DNA of 64,000 bases from contig NC_092673.1 in the NCBI RefSeq assembly GCF_964355755.1, positions 21,945,648 to 22,009,647 on the forward strand, in the 5' to 3' direction. Shown here piece after piece: positions 28,501 to 43,000 of this stretch. How positions within the stretch are numbered: position 1 is the first letter of the stretch; every line of letters starts with the position of its first letter. The position numbers were made by a program, and so were the translations under genes. The notes beneath the pieces are model-generated. The model did not search any database. It was not told where the DNA came from and was given only the letters and a program-made list of their open reading frames with translations. Source of the stretch: Antedon mediterranea. Its lineage: Eukaryota > Animalia > Echinodermata.

Positions 28501-30454
28501 CATTATTACCACATTATTTTTTGGATCAAACTTGTCTGGAAACATACTCTCATAATGTTGCAGCCAGTAATCAGCACAGTTGTTTTTTGACCTATACCAG
28601 GTACCCATTTGTACACCTGGGTGGAGAGAGGCAAATACAAGTAAAGTATCTTACCTATTATATGGGTACTGTACAAGCAATGCGACAGGCTTTGGATTCG
28701 AAGTCACGACTTCATGATTAGTAGTCCAACGTCCAACACACTGCGCCACATGCCCTAATATGTATACAGTTGATTATTCAGAGAACATTCCATTTAAGAT
28801 ACTTTTCTTTAAAAAAGGATGAGTGGAAATATATGTCATAACACAAGGCAAACCTCATTCAGGTGACACTGTCCTGTACCGTATTATTGTTTATGACTTT
28901 TATGACTATTAATTGCGTCATTTTTATCAATGTCTAGGTCAACAATTTTGTAATCTTTGAGGGATTCTTCAATGGTCAACCTGAAGCAAGTTATGATAAA
29001 AAATATTCCATGTATTCAAGACCTCCACTAGCACCAAATAGTCGCTCAAGCGGAAAGCAACGAGAAACGCCCTCTCACAGGAACAACCAGTGGTCTGCAA
29101 GATACACATCCCACTCAGCGGGAAATTCCAGAACCAATAGCAATATTTACAGTAATGAACCAATGTATGACAGCACCCTTCCTGCTATTAAACGATCTCA
29201 GTCGTTTGGATCGTTACAAACAGTTGACTCACACCGTAACCTTCGATCAGCTTCCCCAGGGTAAGCTTATACATAATAATATTATTATTATTCTTTATTG
29301 ACAACTGGGGATAAGTGTCCAACATGTTACTTAAAACGAGTGCCATTTCGAATGCTTCTAAATGAAAACTGTTAAATATCTTTCAGCAATATGTCTAGAG
29401 CGTATGGAGCGCAAGCAAGTTTATACAGTCGATATGGGAGCAATGAAAAAATCACTAGCGATGTTAGGAGAAATTCAGGCCAAAGAAATACATACTCCCC
29501 AATCACAGGTGGCCCTTTAGCAGGTAAGATGATGAATAAATTAACACATTGATATTCGATATATATCAAGGACTTGGGATTTTATAAGATGGTATTTTAA
29601 ACATTTAATACATGTTTACTGAACAAGTTTGTGTTTCTAACATTTACCATTCGAATAGAAAACAACAATTTCTAATCGTATACAAAAAATAATGAATTAT
29701 CTGTATAAATTAGAGAGTGCATTTTTATGTGTATATAATTAGCAACCTATTAATTAAAGATCAATAACCACAAGCACAACAAACATAATTATCTACCTGA
29801 AAACAAAAAAGTTTAAAACTGGCAGGAGGGTTTTTTGGTGAAAATTTAACCGTTTCTTTTCCCTTTTTTTTTTATAAGTAAAATCATCAGTTATTTTTCT
29901 TTATTAAAACTACAACATAGCCTACAATACATCTTTCTTCATCATCATCTTTTATATATCACTCCCCAAAATGAAATTGACATACATAAATATGAAAAAT
30001 ATGATTTAAGAAATAACTAGTTCGTCTGGCCATAATACTCGATACCATTGGTAGAGCTAGATATATATCAGAAATAAAAAATAAAACTTGGTTACTTCAT
30101 AGTACTTATATTACACAAGAAATATGTTTTGTATCCTAGCAGGACTAAACACACTCATAATATATATTTTTTGGTTTAGACAATTTAAACATGGTAAGTA
30201 GAGAACCAACTCCGCCATTTGGAAAATGTATGACTGGTCATGGAAGCAATTCTAAGTCTACTGCCCTTGGTCCACTTGTGACCAAAGTGGACAACATGAT
30301 GACCAATGAAGGTAACTACTGCCTTACCATTGCTAATAACAATAAATCTCAACGAGGACCGCAACCATGGAGTGGACATGGCGCCAGTAATCAAGATCTA
30401 CAAGGTAATACAAATGTACCAAATCAGCACCATAGCCCATTTAGACTATGGTGA
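25528..30454 (+). CDS. ATAT1: Alpha-tubulin N-acetyltransferase 1 (MEC-17), about 416 aa. Exons 25528-25613, 26014-26077, 27209-27300, 27635-27806, 28266-28367, 28938-29260, 29387-29523, 30180-30454
   Basis: MEFPFNINYLF..; IDAMGKASAK/AQGL; GILKIGRKKLFVLD; CVLDFYVHESVQRRGCGKQLF; LAIDRPSHKF; VNNFVIFEGFF; then a low-complexity tail ending FRLW. GT-AG junctions are in frame (1251 nt). The last two exons rest on splice and frame evidence only. Confidence 0.93.
26800..27134. mobile_element. Kolobok-like MITE, about 335 bp
   Basis: TIR AGATGTATTGTCCCC with TTAA on both sides (26796-26799, 27135-27138). Confidence 0.85.
28470..28752 (-). mobile_element. tRNA-derived SINE, same family as 58320
   Basis: The reverse complement has TGTGGCGCAGTG (A box), TTCGAATCC (B box), CTCTCTCCACCCAGGTGTACAAATGGGTACC and a GCGCTATAC tail. 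Confidence 0.85.
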
Positions 30455-31814
30455 ATCTGACCACCATAGAATCATAGTAAATATAATATAATTTTTATAT
30501 AAAAAACTTTGGTGATGAAACCGTCCATTGCCTACTATTTCTGATAATTTAAATCATGGTGTAGAAGAATAGTATACATATTATAACTACTATTTGGAGG
30601 CTGTTCATAGATACTGTAAATATAAATGAACTATTTATTTATTTTATACTTATTTTAGGTGTTTTAAAAATAGTATTTGATATTTATGACAATGTGTTGT
30701 TAACAAATATACTACATTTAAAAAATTAGAATTCACATGATATCAAATATATAATTTTCTTTAACATTTAAAGCCGTAAAAAAAACAAAATGTTGCTCAA
30801 AGTCATCTGACCCAGAATTTGATCAAATCTGGGGTCAGCTTTTTTTTTTAATGGTAATTAAGTTTTTATTTGAAATTGCATGCATGGGTAAATAGCACCC
30901 TCTATTTTTTATTTTAAATGTTGCTTCAGTATTTATTCAGCAAGACTACATTAACAAAAATCAGATAAAAAAATAACCTTAATACCAACCTCTGTTTAAA
31001 CAGGAATTTTGTATGTTTATACTAGAAATATTAACTTAATCATGATTCTCAGAGCTTAAGATCTCCAAGAGATATTGAGTGTCCCCTACTCCTGTCCCTA
31101 ATTGACTTTAATCGTTTGTCGGTTCCACGACCCAATTCCAAGCTTTTTGATTAATAAGTAAATCCCAGGAGATGGTATACTTTAATAACGCCGCATTTAA
31201 TCGGTTTGATACGGTTGATATGAGCTGGATTAAATGAAATTTATTTCATATTTCTTATATAAATGGGATTTACAGAAGTTATGAGTCTGATATAGTTGAA
31301 CGATTTGAAAAGTTCAATACTGTTTGCCTAACAATACCATGTACCACAGCTGTACTCAAGGCCTCATGTACTACAAGGACACCTTATCTATGCAAAATAC
31401 AATTTGGAAGAGAAGGAGAATTAGAATCAATTTAATTTATTTAATATAACAGCACAACTTGTGTGTGTGAATCAGGCTCAACATTTAGTATACAATGTAC
31501 AATAGTAGCAAATTTTCTTACACATTAGGCCATGGGAAATAAATTATACGGTTTTTATCAGCCGCCCACATGCAAACATTTGGCCATCCATTCATCTTTC
31601 ATCCTGCTTTTTAAAAATAAATATGGTTTTGATGGTTAAAAATGTTAATCTAGTGATATTTTCATTCGTATTTCAAATAAGATGGTTTTTCGTAATTCTA
31701 TTATATATATTAATTATGAAATTACAGATAGAAACATTTGAAATTCTTTAAAAAAAATACTAGTGCAATACATTTAAATTTTATTTTAAGTTTATCAATG
31801 TAGGCAGTTTCTTA

Positions 31815-31973
31815 AGCTCTGACTACACTATCAAACTTTATGTGACAAAAAAATGTGATGTGTGCATATATGGACATGATGATGTCATATCACTACCATA
31901 TTTGGGCACATCACTACCATATTTGGGCACATCACATTTTTTTTGTCAAACTAGTTTGATAGAGTACAGGGCT
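31815..31973. mobile_element. Reference-like copy of the most abundant MITE in the window (about 160 bp). Other full or partial copies near 3791-3885, 10191-10330, 15356-15455, 16085-16238, 18594-18745, 27347-27408, 32516-32673, 33560-33689, 47832-47855, 62950-62984
   Basis: Consensus TIR AGCTCTGTCTACACTATCAAAC; internal ATCACTACCATATTTGGGC x2; TTA on both flanks in this copy and TAA/TTA in others. The Harbinger assignment is inference. Confidence 0.88.
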
Positions 31974-32994
31974 TTACATTTCATGCAGTACTTATTGGAT
32001 TGTGTTTGTTGATTTTATCTTTACTTTATTATTTATTTTTTATACAATGTTTCATATTTAAAACAAACTTGTTTCTAAAACATGATGTATAAATAATATA
32101 TTTATGACATTCCTGTCATTTTCTATAAGATGTATTAAAAGATGTGTTATTAAGACTACAGGGTAATTAATGGCACCATATCATAATTGTAGTATACCAT
32201 CTTCAATGGTTTGCCTTACTCTTACGAAATTGTACTAAACATTGTTGTGAATAAGTTCTTACAAGTTTCTACCTGAAGTGTATACCTCTGTACATTCAGT
32301 ACAATTATGTCATCGTGGAGAAAACCACCGAAATAACATTTGCTTTGTAGCAATAACATTTCTTGAATCCTGAATCTTGTAATAAACAAAAAATTGATCA
32401 GAAATAGGCTATTGTTTCTGCATTCTGCATCTCCTGTGGCCTTTGACTACATTCCGTTTTTCAATATCTGCAACACCAGCAGGCATATCTTTCCAGTATG
32501 GCCATTGTTCCTAAAAGCTATGTCTACACTATCAAACTAGTTTGACAAATAAAAGTGGGATGTGCCCAAATATGGTACTGATATGCTTAAATATGGTAGT
32601 GATATAACATTATCATGTCCATATTTGGACATATCACATGTTTTGTTACATAAAGTTTGATAGTGTAAGAGCTTTTACAACATAAATTACTGTACAAACA
32701 TTGCTAGCCCAAAAACTGGTCATTACAGACTGGTCCCTAAATATGCGGTAACAATTAAGACATTGAATGATAACATTCATATTAGTAAATGATTATGTTA
32801 ATGTCTGTAAATATTGTTTAATATTGTTTGATGACAGGGTTTCAATTTTGAGGCACTTCTTTATATAGTATCTTTATATGAACATGAATTTACAATATTA
32901 TGATAAAGATAATAAAATATATTGAATAATAATATGGAAATAATGTGTTTGATTCTTATTGCACTTTCCTAAAAAAGATATTGATGTATTTCAA

Positions 32995-33230
32995 TTGCAT
33001 GGTGACATCATGACATGATAACATCATGTTATCATAACATAAAGTTATGATAAATCATATATGACATGATAATGACATGACATGATGATATAACATAACA
33101 TGATGATATAACATAACATGATTATAAACATCATATCATCATGTTATCATCATAACATCATGATAACATGATGATGACATGATATCATAAGTTGATGGTA
33201 ATATAACATGATACCTGTAGCATGATGATA
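32995..33230. repeat. Degenerate pentamer satellite (ATGAC/ATAAC/ATCAT)
   Basis: Runs of CATGA/CATAA/CATCA. Confidence 0.8.
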
Positions 33231-34908
33231 ATATGTATATTAAAGTCACTGTTAAAGTGTATAAATATATATTAATTAGTGGTGTTGCCACTGATCCAAA
33301 AATGATTTAGAACAGGTAGGCCCTAAGAAGGATGAAAGTGTATTTGCTCAATCCAAAAATGAACAGCAAAACAAAATTGCAGTACTCGATTGTACATACC
33401 GACACTGCACAGTGCTACAGTATATTTACTTTATATCATGTGACCCACAATCGTCCAATGAAAAGAATATACTAAGGTGCGTTATAAAATGGCCCTCTTC
33501 TGAGCGCCTTCGCACATTAATCTCCAGTCATACCACAACATTATCATGGTAGGATATAAAGCTCTGTCTACACTATCAAACTTTATGTGATGTGCCCATA
33601 TATGGACATGATATGATGTCATATGATGTCACTATCATGGATACATCACTCACATTTTTCCAAACTTGTTTGAAAGTGTAGACAGAGCTTTAAACAGAAT
33701 TTTTCAATGTAAAAAAATACAGTACAACTAGCTCATATTTCAGCATCTTCTCTATTTATTTCTTGTATAAAAACCAGTGGAGAACAGAGCGTAACTGCTT
33801 ACACAAATCCAATCAACATTTTAAATTTTACACCAATAAAGCTTATACCATTGTACTACAGTAACTTATTTACATAATTGGTGCTTCCTTTTATCTCAAA
33901 TACAATTCAAATCATATTTATTCCAGTTTAATTATAACTTTTCTTTAATTTAAAAACTTGAATTGACACTGTACTACGGTATATAAATTTATTTATTTTT
34001 GATGAACCAAAATAATTCCAAATACCTTTTTCCTAGGGAAACTTTTCTGTGAAAGGAACAAGGGGCAATACATACTGTATATTAACAAATAGCCAATCCA
34101 TATTATTGGACAATATAATTGGGTCCTCAAGTATCATGGTGCTGACATCATAATACCATGTGACATTCCTTGTTATTGGCAATAGCTCAAGCGTTCAATG
34201 ACTTTCTTCCATTCTACGATTCAATCTTTAACAGGCATTGTACTTTATTTTCAAACAAATGTTACTTCCAAATCTTTATTATTTTATGAAATAAAAGACC
34301 AGAAAATAGTCCTGTTACTTTTTCCATTTTTCTACAAGATTGGCTTGTAAAATTGACAGATTTGTAAATATTATACACAAAGAATGGCTTAGCTGTTCTC
34401 TAATTATATACATTACATTTTTTGATGCACATCAGCACAATACATACACGGTTTTAAAACATACAATATTAACACCTATAATAAATCATATATATATTTC
34501 TTAAATTACTTAAAATTTCCATCTATAACTGACAGCAGTCAAGGTTTTACAACTCAAATAATTGTTTGAATAAATAAAAGGGTAAACTGATAAAATCATT
34601 ATTCTTTCAATTCTACAGGGCATGTTTAAAAAACAATGTAAACAAATATTAATACAAGATCAAAATTTATATACAAATTATGTTAATACTGATCCTTTAG
34701 TTTGTTGAAACTGCAAATTAGGATGGCAAGCAATATTATTACTATTTCATAGAATTATTGAGGCTGAAAAGATGTGATGATTTATATTCAAGGTATACCA
34801 GTGAATATAACTCAAATTATTATTCTTTCAATTCTATAACGAAGAATACAATATCAAAATGTATATACAAACTAAGTTAATACTGTTCTTTTTAATTAGT
34901 TTAAAAGT

Positions 34909-35161
34909 GGCTATCAGCATGGCCAACCATGCATGTAATTTGTTATTTTTCTATTAGCATAATTGACTGTGCGTCTAGTAACCAACTTTTCTATCAGCAT
35001 GGTTGTCATATGCTTGGTTGTCAATAGAAAACAATTTGATGCATGATCACCCATGCCGATAGCTTCCAAACTATCTGCACAGTCAACCATGCTAATAAAA
35101 GAAAATAAATTACACGCATGATCAACCATGCCTATAGATAATTTTAACCATGCGGATAGCC
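34909..35161. mobile_element. MITE with GGCTATC(A/C)GCATGG termini
   Basis: Inverted ends GGCTATCAGCATGG / CCATGCGGATAGCC and internal ACCATGC repeats. Confidence 0.65.
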
Positions 35162-37009
35162 TCATATCCGATTAGTCTATTGAAACTATAAATTAGGATA
35201 GCAAGCAACATTATTTTCATAGAATTATTGAGTACTTCAAGGTATGTCTACACAGTGTATAAATGCTTATGCTATAAAAAGACATTTATTTATTTTTGAC
35301 TAAAAATAGATCATTACCATTAAATTGTACTAGTTGGATGGAATTAGGTTCATTCTGTTTATTTATAGTAAAACATGTCCAGCTGCTTGTAATCATTCAA
35401 CATCATTTTATATATAATACTAATTCTATATTCATATTTCTACATTGGTAATCAATCAATTTCTTTCACAGATACCATAGATTTTATAATTATCTCTCTG
35501 CTGATACATATTTATTAGCATAATCATGAATATTTATAAACTACTTGTGAATATTTATATTATTAATAATCATGAATATTAATGCTTAAAAAACTATAGT
35601 ACTATCTATATTTCCAATAACATTATGTAAACATACCATGGACATACTGGTTTGTATCATATTTATTTTTATCTTATTATTATACATAATACACAAGGAG
35701 AGCTGGTAGAAGGGATGTAAGTTGGTTCCTAGATCTAACTTTGAATTCTATTTTTGTTATATTAGTATCTCGTGTAAACCATTAATGGTAAATTATAAAA
35801 TAGCAAAATGTAGAAAATAAAAGAATTGAACATTTTAACTAAATATTAAATATTAAAATAATTCAGAAATCAGCTCTTTTTGGATCATCTTTGATGAGCA
35901 ATATAATTCTTTGGTGTTAAGAACAACTTAAAACAATGTATTTACATAAATAAATAAATTATTAACTATAATTAAATATAATTGTTATTATTGATATGAT
36001 GGCCAGCCAGTCAGGGTCTTTTGAAGAAATTGTTGGAAGCAAAAGACATCTATTTCTGATAAGTTCATAGAAGCCTACTGTATGCGGAGCATGTCTGAAC
36101 GAAGCATTAGATTAAGGTAAACCAGTAGATAGGCTACTGATCTGGATTACACTAAGAGATCAGATTTTCAGAATTTATTGAGTTAATGCATTTATCTCTA
36201 GTATGATCAATTCATACTGCTATACAAGAAAAAAGTGATCAAATAAAACACTATCTCCTGTTAAGATACGTCTAAACTAAAAGATATCCACTTTCTATGA
36301 CTAACTTTATTCTATCAGTTGGAACGAAATACAAGCTTACATAATTGTTGTGAGTATACCCAGACTAATTGCTACAAATGGAAATAGGTCCTACACTGAG
36401 ATCAACTCTCATTTTTCTCACACACATACCATTTTCAATGACTTTTTCACACATTTGTATTTTCCACAGTATCAATGTGCATTGCTTGGATTTTTAAAAT
36501 AAAAGTTTTCTTTATACATTATTGGCTCAACAGATTTTGCATATATACAAATAACTATATAATCAGTTACAACCAATTGTTTCCATACAGAAACAAACTG
36601 TCTTGTGTGGCACCATCTACCAAATATATCTCTGTTCTATTTATGCAATGGCATGTATTTCATTCAATTATGTTTTTAGGTCTAGCAAAAAACTAGAAGT
36701 GTGTGTTGGATGTTTCAATACAACACTAGTCAAAGCGTTTTACTTTGTGGTAATGTATGAAAGTATGCCAATAATAATAGTTTGTCCATACTGATTCATA
36801 TAGGTCATAAATGTCCTGACCTCTGACCTTGAATCACATTATTTTGAACTATTTATCTATTCAATAGATTCTTTCTTCCAGTCTTCATAAACAATCTGCG
36901 ATAATTTCCGTTCCTTCTGTAGATAGGTTGCCTAAAGCAAGTCCACGATATAGATATAAAAACAAAATCCAGTAGTCATGGCAACAGCATTGCAAACAGG
37001 TTTCAATGA

Positions 37010-40000
37010 TTACACGATGACAGATGATGAGCATTCCGGCTTAGGCTCAAAGCCAATGTTCTTGGTTTGTAACATGCTAAAAAGAAACTCAAACGATGGC
37101 CTCTCGTCTGCATTGCGCTTCCAGCATCGCTTCATCATGTCGTAGATAGCTCGCGGGCAGTTTTCTGGTTGTCGAAGTATGCAATGCTTTCCAGAATTAT
37201 CAAAAAACTCACCGGTGTTTTTTATAACAAGTTCATCGGTGAGGTTACTGTATGGTTGCTCCCGGCACATTATGAGAATTTCCCACAAAGTCACGCCAAA
37301 TGCCCATACATCGGACTTAGATGTGAATTTTCCCTGCAAACAAACACAAAAATTATATTATCAAAACAAAACCAAAAACTTGCGAAATGCTAAACTAAAC
37401 AATTATCATTTATCAAATATGTACCTGTATTTTCATATTTTGTCCATAATTTATTTATTTTTACAATACAGGTCGCAGGTTGCAATAAATTTCTGAAATT
37501 ACTTACAAGTAAAATACTTTCCCATGCCATCCATCGTATCGGTAATACTGCCCTGCCCTCAATCTTGTAGTAGTTGTTGGAGTACAGGTTACGACTCATC
37601 CCAAAGTCGGCAATACGGATTGTGTACTGCTTTCCCACGAGGCAGTTGCGTGTTGCAAGGTCACGATGTACAAAGTTCATGGATGAAAGGTACTTCATTC
37701 CAGATGCTATCTGCGTTGCCATGTGAATTAGAGCACCAAAGCTAAAAATGAAATACATTTTAAATTTATTTTACACTTTTTTACGGTATTAACCATTACT
37801 TATATTCATTTCATTTTCAAAATATCAATACAATGATTAAATACATCTTATATTCCATTGTTATTCTGATTTTTTCATTATTTTTTTATATTTGCTCATT
37901 TCTGTCATCATCAAAACAATTTAATCAATAGTGCTGGAAAAAATTGTTTTTACTTAAATTGAAAATTATACAGTTGTAATTTTCTGTGAGGAAAACCTCT
38001 AGTAAGCAAAACACACGTCATTCAACCTGTTAAACCTAACAAGTGCTCTCAAAAAAACGTTGTCATGCTAAAATGTTTGTGCTCTATCAGTTACCGGTAA
38101 ACCGTTCGTAAATAAACATTTTTTGCCAGAAACACCTGTATTTAAATGAAGAGTTTGCAGATATGGCGTTAGGGGACAAAAGCTCAGTCGTAAGGTAATT
38201 ACTGTATTATTAAATGAATAAATAATTCTTCTAAAAGAATCAAGTGTCGATTCCATTATTTATTATTTATATTATCATTATTTAATTTCACTATACTCCT
38301 GTTAAATCGGTTATATTATTATATATATTATGAACACTTTTTGCCAGTTATTATATATTATTTATATTGTCATTATTTCATGCATGGTTTCAAAGAATGC
38401 ATATGAAAACTACATTACAATATGATATATTTACGAGATATTTTAATATTGAGTTATATTGATGTATTAACACCTGTCATGCAATTCCTAATGAGTATAT
38501 TGATTACAAATCACACATTTGCTTTTATGAGCACATACTAATTAGTCAGCTGATCTTGTATTCATAGCCTTTGGTTTTTGTTAAATAAAACATGTTGGAA
38601 TTGGCAGTTCTTTTCTTTAATCTTGCAATTATTTTCTTCTGATAAATATTTATTGAAAAAAATAAATAATGTACAAATTTAACTGAGAATGTTAAAAATG
38701 GCAGTTCTTTTCTTTAATCTTGCAATTATTGTATTTTAATAAATTAATTGAAAAAAATAAATATGTACAAATTTAATAAATCCAAATAAGAAAATTGAAA
38801 TTGGCAGTTTAATTCTATACTCAGTTTAAAATCAGTTGTTAGCAATTCTTGTTTTTAATGAATATTTCAATTTCTGTACTCATTTTAAAATTAAGTTTCT
38901 ACAATTTTTGTCAAATGATTATTTTTGGTAAAGTCTAAAAAAGAATGTCGAACATGGTAGTTCATTTCAAAATTATAGAAGTTCTGTCCTTAAATAAAAA
39001 TTGCTTCAAAATATACAATGAACAAACAAAAATTCTTGCCGAAAATTGGCAGTTCACTTACTCATTTAAAACAAAAGTTTTTTTTTGTAATTCTTTTCTT
39101 TTAAAGAGTATTTTTTAATAATATACTTTTTTTTTATAAATGAAAAACAATAAAAAGATAGTGTAGTGTGGATAATTCTATTCTTTCTAATTATAAATTC
39201 AGCATTATCATTATCATTATCATTATCAGCCTGAATATCATCAAATACATACATTACATTGTCACAAGAGATATTTTTAGTTTTGAGCGGAAAGATACAA
39301 AAAAAACTTTGAAATAGACTTATAAAAATATATTTATCTTAAATGTCAAAACGGGCAAAATGGCATTAAATGAGTCAGGCATGAAATTGACATTGGCTCC
39401 TTGTAGTTGCTGTTAGTAATTAGATGGGATAATATGATCAAACGTGCCTACTAGCCTTCACTAACTCTCACTGATACAATCATATTACCTAATGTAGTTC
39501 ACAATGCAAGTTATATGCTATCAATCCATTTAAAATAATGAAAATGGATCAAAGAACTAATAAAAACTTACTGCAGCCACTGGCTAACAATTAACTCTTT
39601 CATTTCATTCATTTTACTTATTTACATCAACTCTCTTTTTCTTTTTACTTCAACTACCCTCCAAGGAATTTTCCATTTTGTAGATTGGCTTTTTGATGGA
39701 ATGTTTTGAATAGTTGTTGGCCATTACATTAAAACCAAAAAAATCTGGTCAAATCTATTTATTTTATGTGTATTTTTAGAAAACTTATATCACTAAGTAG
39801 AAAAAAAAAATCATACAATATACCATAATGGGTTTTTTTTGCACATTAATTTGGTTTGCTTTTTTTTTTTAAATCAAAGATGGATAGTAAGAGATTTTGT
39901 CATATCTTATTGTAATGATGGCGACATAGTGGCTACAAACTGCAGGTTTTGACAAACGACTACAGACAATGTTACATTGGTTGCAGGTTTGAACCAATAA

Positions 40001-43000
40001 CGGAATAACAGAATTGGCCAGTTTGGAAGCGCTTTCCTTTTGCTAATAGTATAACACAGTGTAACACAGACTTGAATGTTTATGTTGAAAAGTATATTAT
40101 AATTCAAAAACGTGTATTTAAAAATTTACTTTATACAATGTCAGATTATTATTTTGAGAGTTTAATTTAGTATACATGCCTAAAATCAATAACCTTATGA
40201 TCTGAATTGATGATGTTTGTAAGTTAATAGTAGGATAATCAAAGACAAGGCCTATCCACTCCATAATAATTATCAATGGTTAAGACCTGGAGGTCTGTTC
40301 AATGAGAACAAAATGTTCCTCATTTCTTTTATTTCTGTGCAGTTCTAGCTTTCATGATAGAATAACTAAAGTTTATTTTCATATTATATTCATGAAAGCT
40401 CTTCTTTAATGTTACTTTAAAGAAATAAATGCATAGTTACCAAACTTTGCGTAAATCACCAGGGGCAGATGATTTTTCTGGTTCGCTGTCGTACAGAAAC
40501 TGGTTGAGGTCGCCGTTCTCCATGTATTCAACTACCATACACAGCGGTTCGTCCTCAGTACATGCTGCCAATAGACGAACAATGTTGGGGTCACGTAGTT
40601 GCGACATCACTTTCATTTCTTTCTGAAAATCAGTCCTGAGGAAAAAAGTGTAGCGTTTGAAATACATCAGTTTAGTAATCATCACTAATAAAAATGTAAT
40701 TTGTAATTCAAGCACGATAGAAAATATGCATTTTTACTAAAGGGAAGCAGTACTGCAATAAGCAATAGTTAGTGTATTGAATAACATATTTTGGGCTTCA
40801 GAGAATGTGCTATTTGTCGTATATTCAAAACAAGAGATGCTTTCCAGGTGGAATAGCATCTGGAGATCATTCATACTTTAAAAATTTTTTTTTTTGTAAT
40901 TTATATATAATTATGGGCCAGAGATTCTGAAATAACGAATTAATAAAATATTAATTAATTAATTGATATCAGCCAGTTTTTACATAGTGGTAAATGTTTT
41001 TATTAACCATCTATGATACATGAAGTATCTAAAAATGGAAAGTATGGAGAACAAAACCCCAAAATGCTGCTAAAAAAGTGGGTGTTTGGTTGTTGGTGTA
41101 AACTTCATCCTATTCTCCAAAATGTGATGTGCTCAGTCAGACAATAAAGATGCTATGGAAATTGAACCGAACCTATTGTTGCAGCTAAAAGTTATGGAAT
41201 AACTGGTATAATGGTGCTTAAATGTGGATTCAATGGCTATTGTTTACCATTATTTTGAGACTGCCATTTACACACAGCAGAAATAGTTTTATTTATAATA
41301 ATAATATATTTATTTTCCTCAAAAAATAGAAATAAATGCATATATAAATTAATTTTAAAAAAAATACAGGGGGAGTTCCTATAACCTTGTGCTTTTTTGT
41401 TTGATGTAAATTGTATAAAAATGCAAAAGGAAAAATGAAAATACTGTATAATTAATTATTATTTATTTTCTACATTTTAAAGGAAATAATTCTAGGTACA
41501 TTAGTGAGGGGGTCAACAGGTGATTGAATACTTACTCATCATCACCATCACAAGCCAAGGATACAGGGGAAATTGGGGATACCCTTTAATTCATGCCGGT
41601 TTCATTATGTTGAAAATGATATTCTCAACATAGACACACATTTATAAATAATGCATAAGCATAATTTAATTTTTTAGATTATGTGTAGTTTCAGTATTCA
41701 GAAGGATATTAAAAATAATTCAAATATTAAGTGTCATCAAAAAAAATCCAGATACAGTAAATTTACCAACTACTGTATACAATGAAATCACAAAAACTAA
41801 TTAATTTTATAAACCGTTTCAAACAAACTCTTCGAAAGTTTTCATATCATTTGCACAGATTTAACATAATTTTCTTTACTTGATTATAAAACAATTAAAT
41901 ACAGAACAAAAAAAGTTAACATATCATGACTCACCAAACCTATCTATTGCCAAAATTGTCAAATCTTAGACCCCTCTTAAATAAAAATCTCCATCTACCA
42001 GATTCAGATTTAAGGAGGTTTAGCAAATGTACTTATGACATTTAAAAAATTATATTTTCATAGGCTGGCAATTACAGTAGGCTAGTGGATTCTTGTAGTC
42101 ACTGTACCCTATGCCTACTAATCTAATTTTTAATATAATAGAGCTTAGGGTTTAAAACTTGCTCATGATATAATACCTTCCATAAACCTAACAATTAACT
42201 AAATCCCAAATGTATTATAAATCATAACACTAACTATGCTGGTTGTTGTATCACTGTTAAAGTTAACAATACATTCTGATAATATACTTTGTTGATATCT
42301 TTATCTCAGGCTGTGTTTTTTGTCTATATATAAAAACCCTAAAGGAAGACCAAAAGCGAGATGGCATGATGAAATTTCCGTAGATGAGAACAGCACCAAA
42401 TATACAATTATAGAGAGGCCTGCACCTTGCAGTGGGTTGAAAATGGTTATCGATGATGTAAAAACATAAAGAAGCTAATTTACACACTCTATAAAGCTCT
42501 GTCTACACTATCAAACTTTATGTGACAAAAAAATGTGATATGCCCAAATATGGTAGTGATATGATGTCATCGTGTCCATGGCCTCTTTGTCAGACTTACT
42601 TGTGGAGTATTCAAGAGGACAACCACCAAGTACCAAGTATGTATATATGGACACATCACATAAACAAATGTGATATGCCCAAATATGGTAGTGATATGAT
42701 GTCATCGTGTCCATGGCCTCTTTGTCAGACTTCCTTGTGGAGTACTGTATTCAAAAGGACAACCATCAAGTACAAAGTAAGTATATATGGGCACATCACA
42801 TTTTTCTGTCACATAAAGTTTGATAGTGTTAACAAGGCTTTAGAATTACATCATACAGTGACTTTCAAAAACTGGTAATAAAGATGGTATTACTCAATGA
42901 TAAAGAACTCGCACAAAAAATTCAAAGCATTGTCCTATAAAAAGTTGGTTTGTTCTCAAAAACTTTTTAAACGTGATTAGACATATTCCTTTGAAACATC

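Noticed and set aside
30455-37009. Additional gene between ATAT1 and DDR
   Set aside because: No credible exon chain or recognisable protein; the region is consistent with 3' UTRs and repeats.
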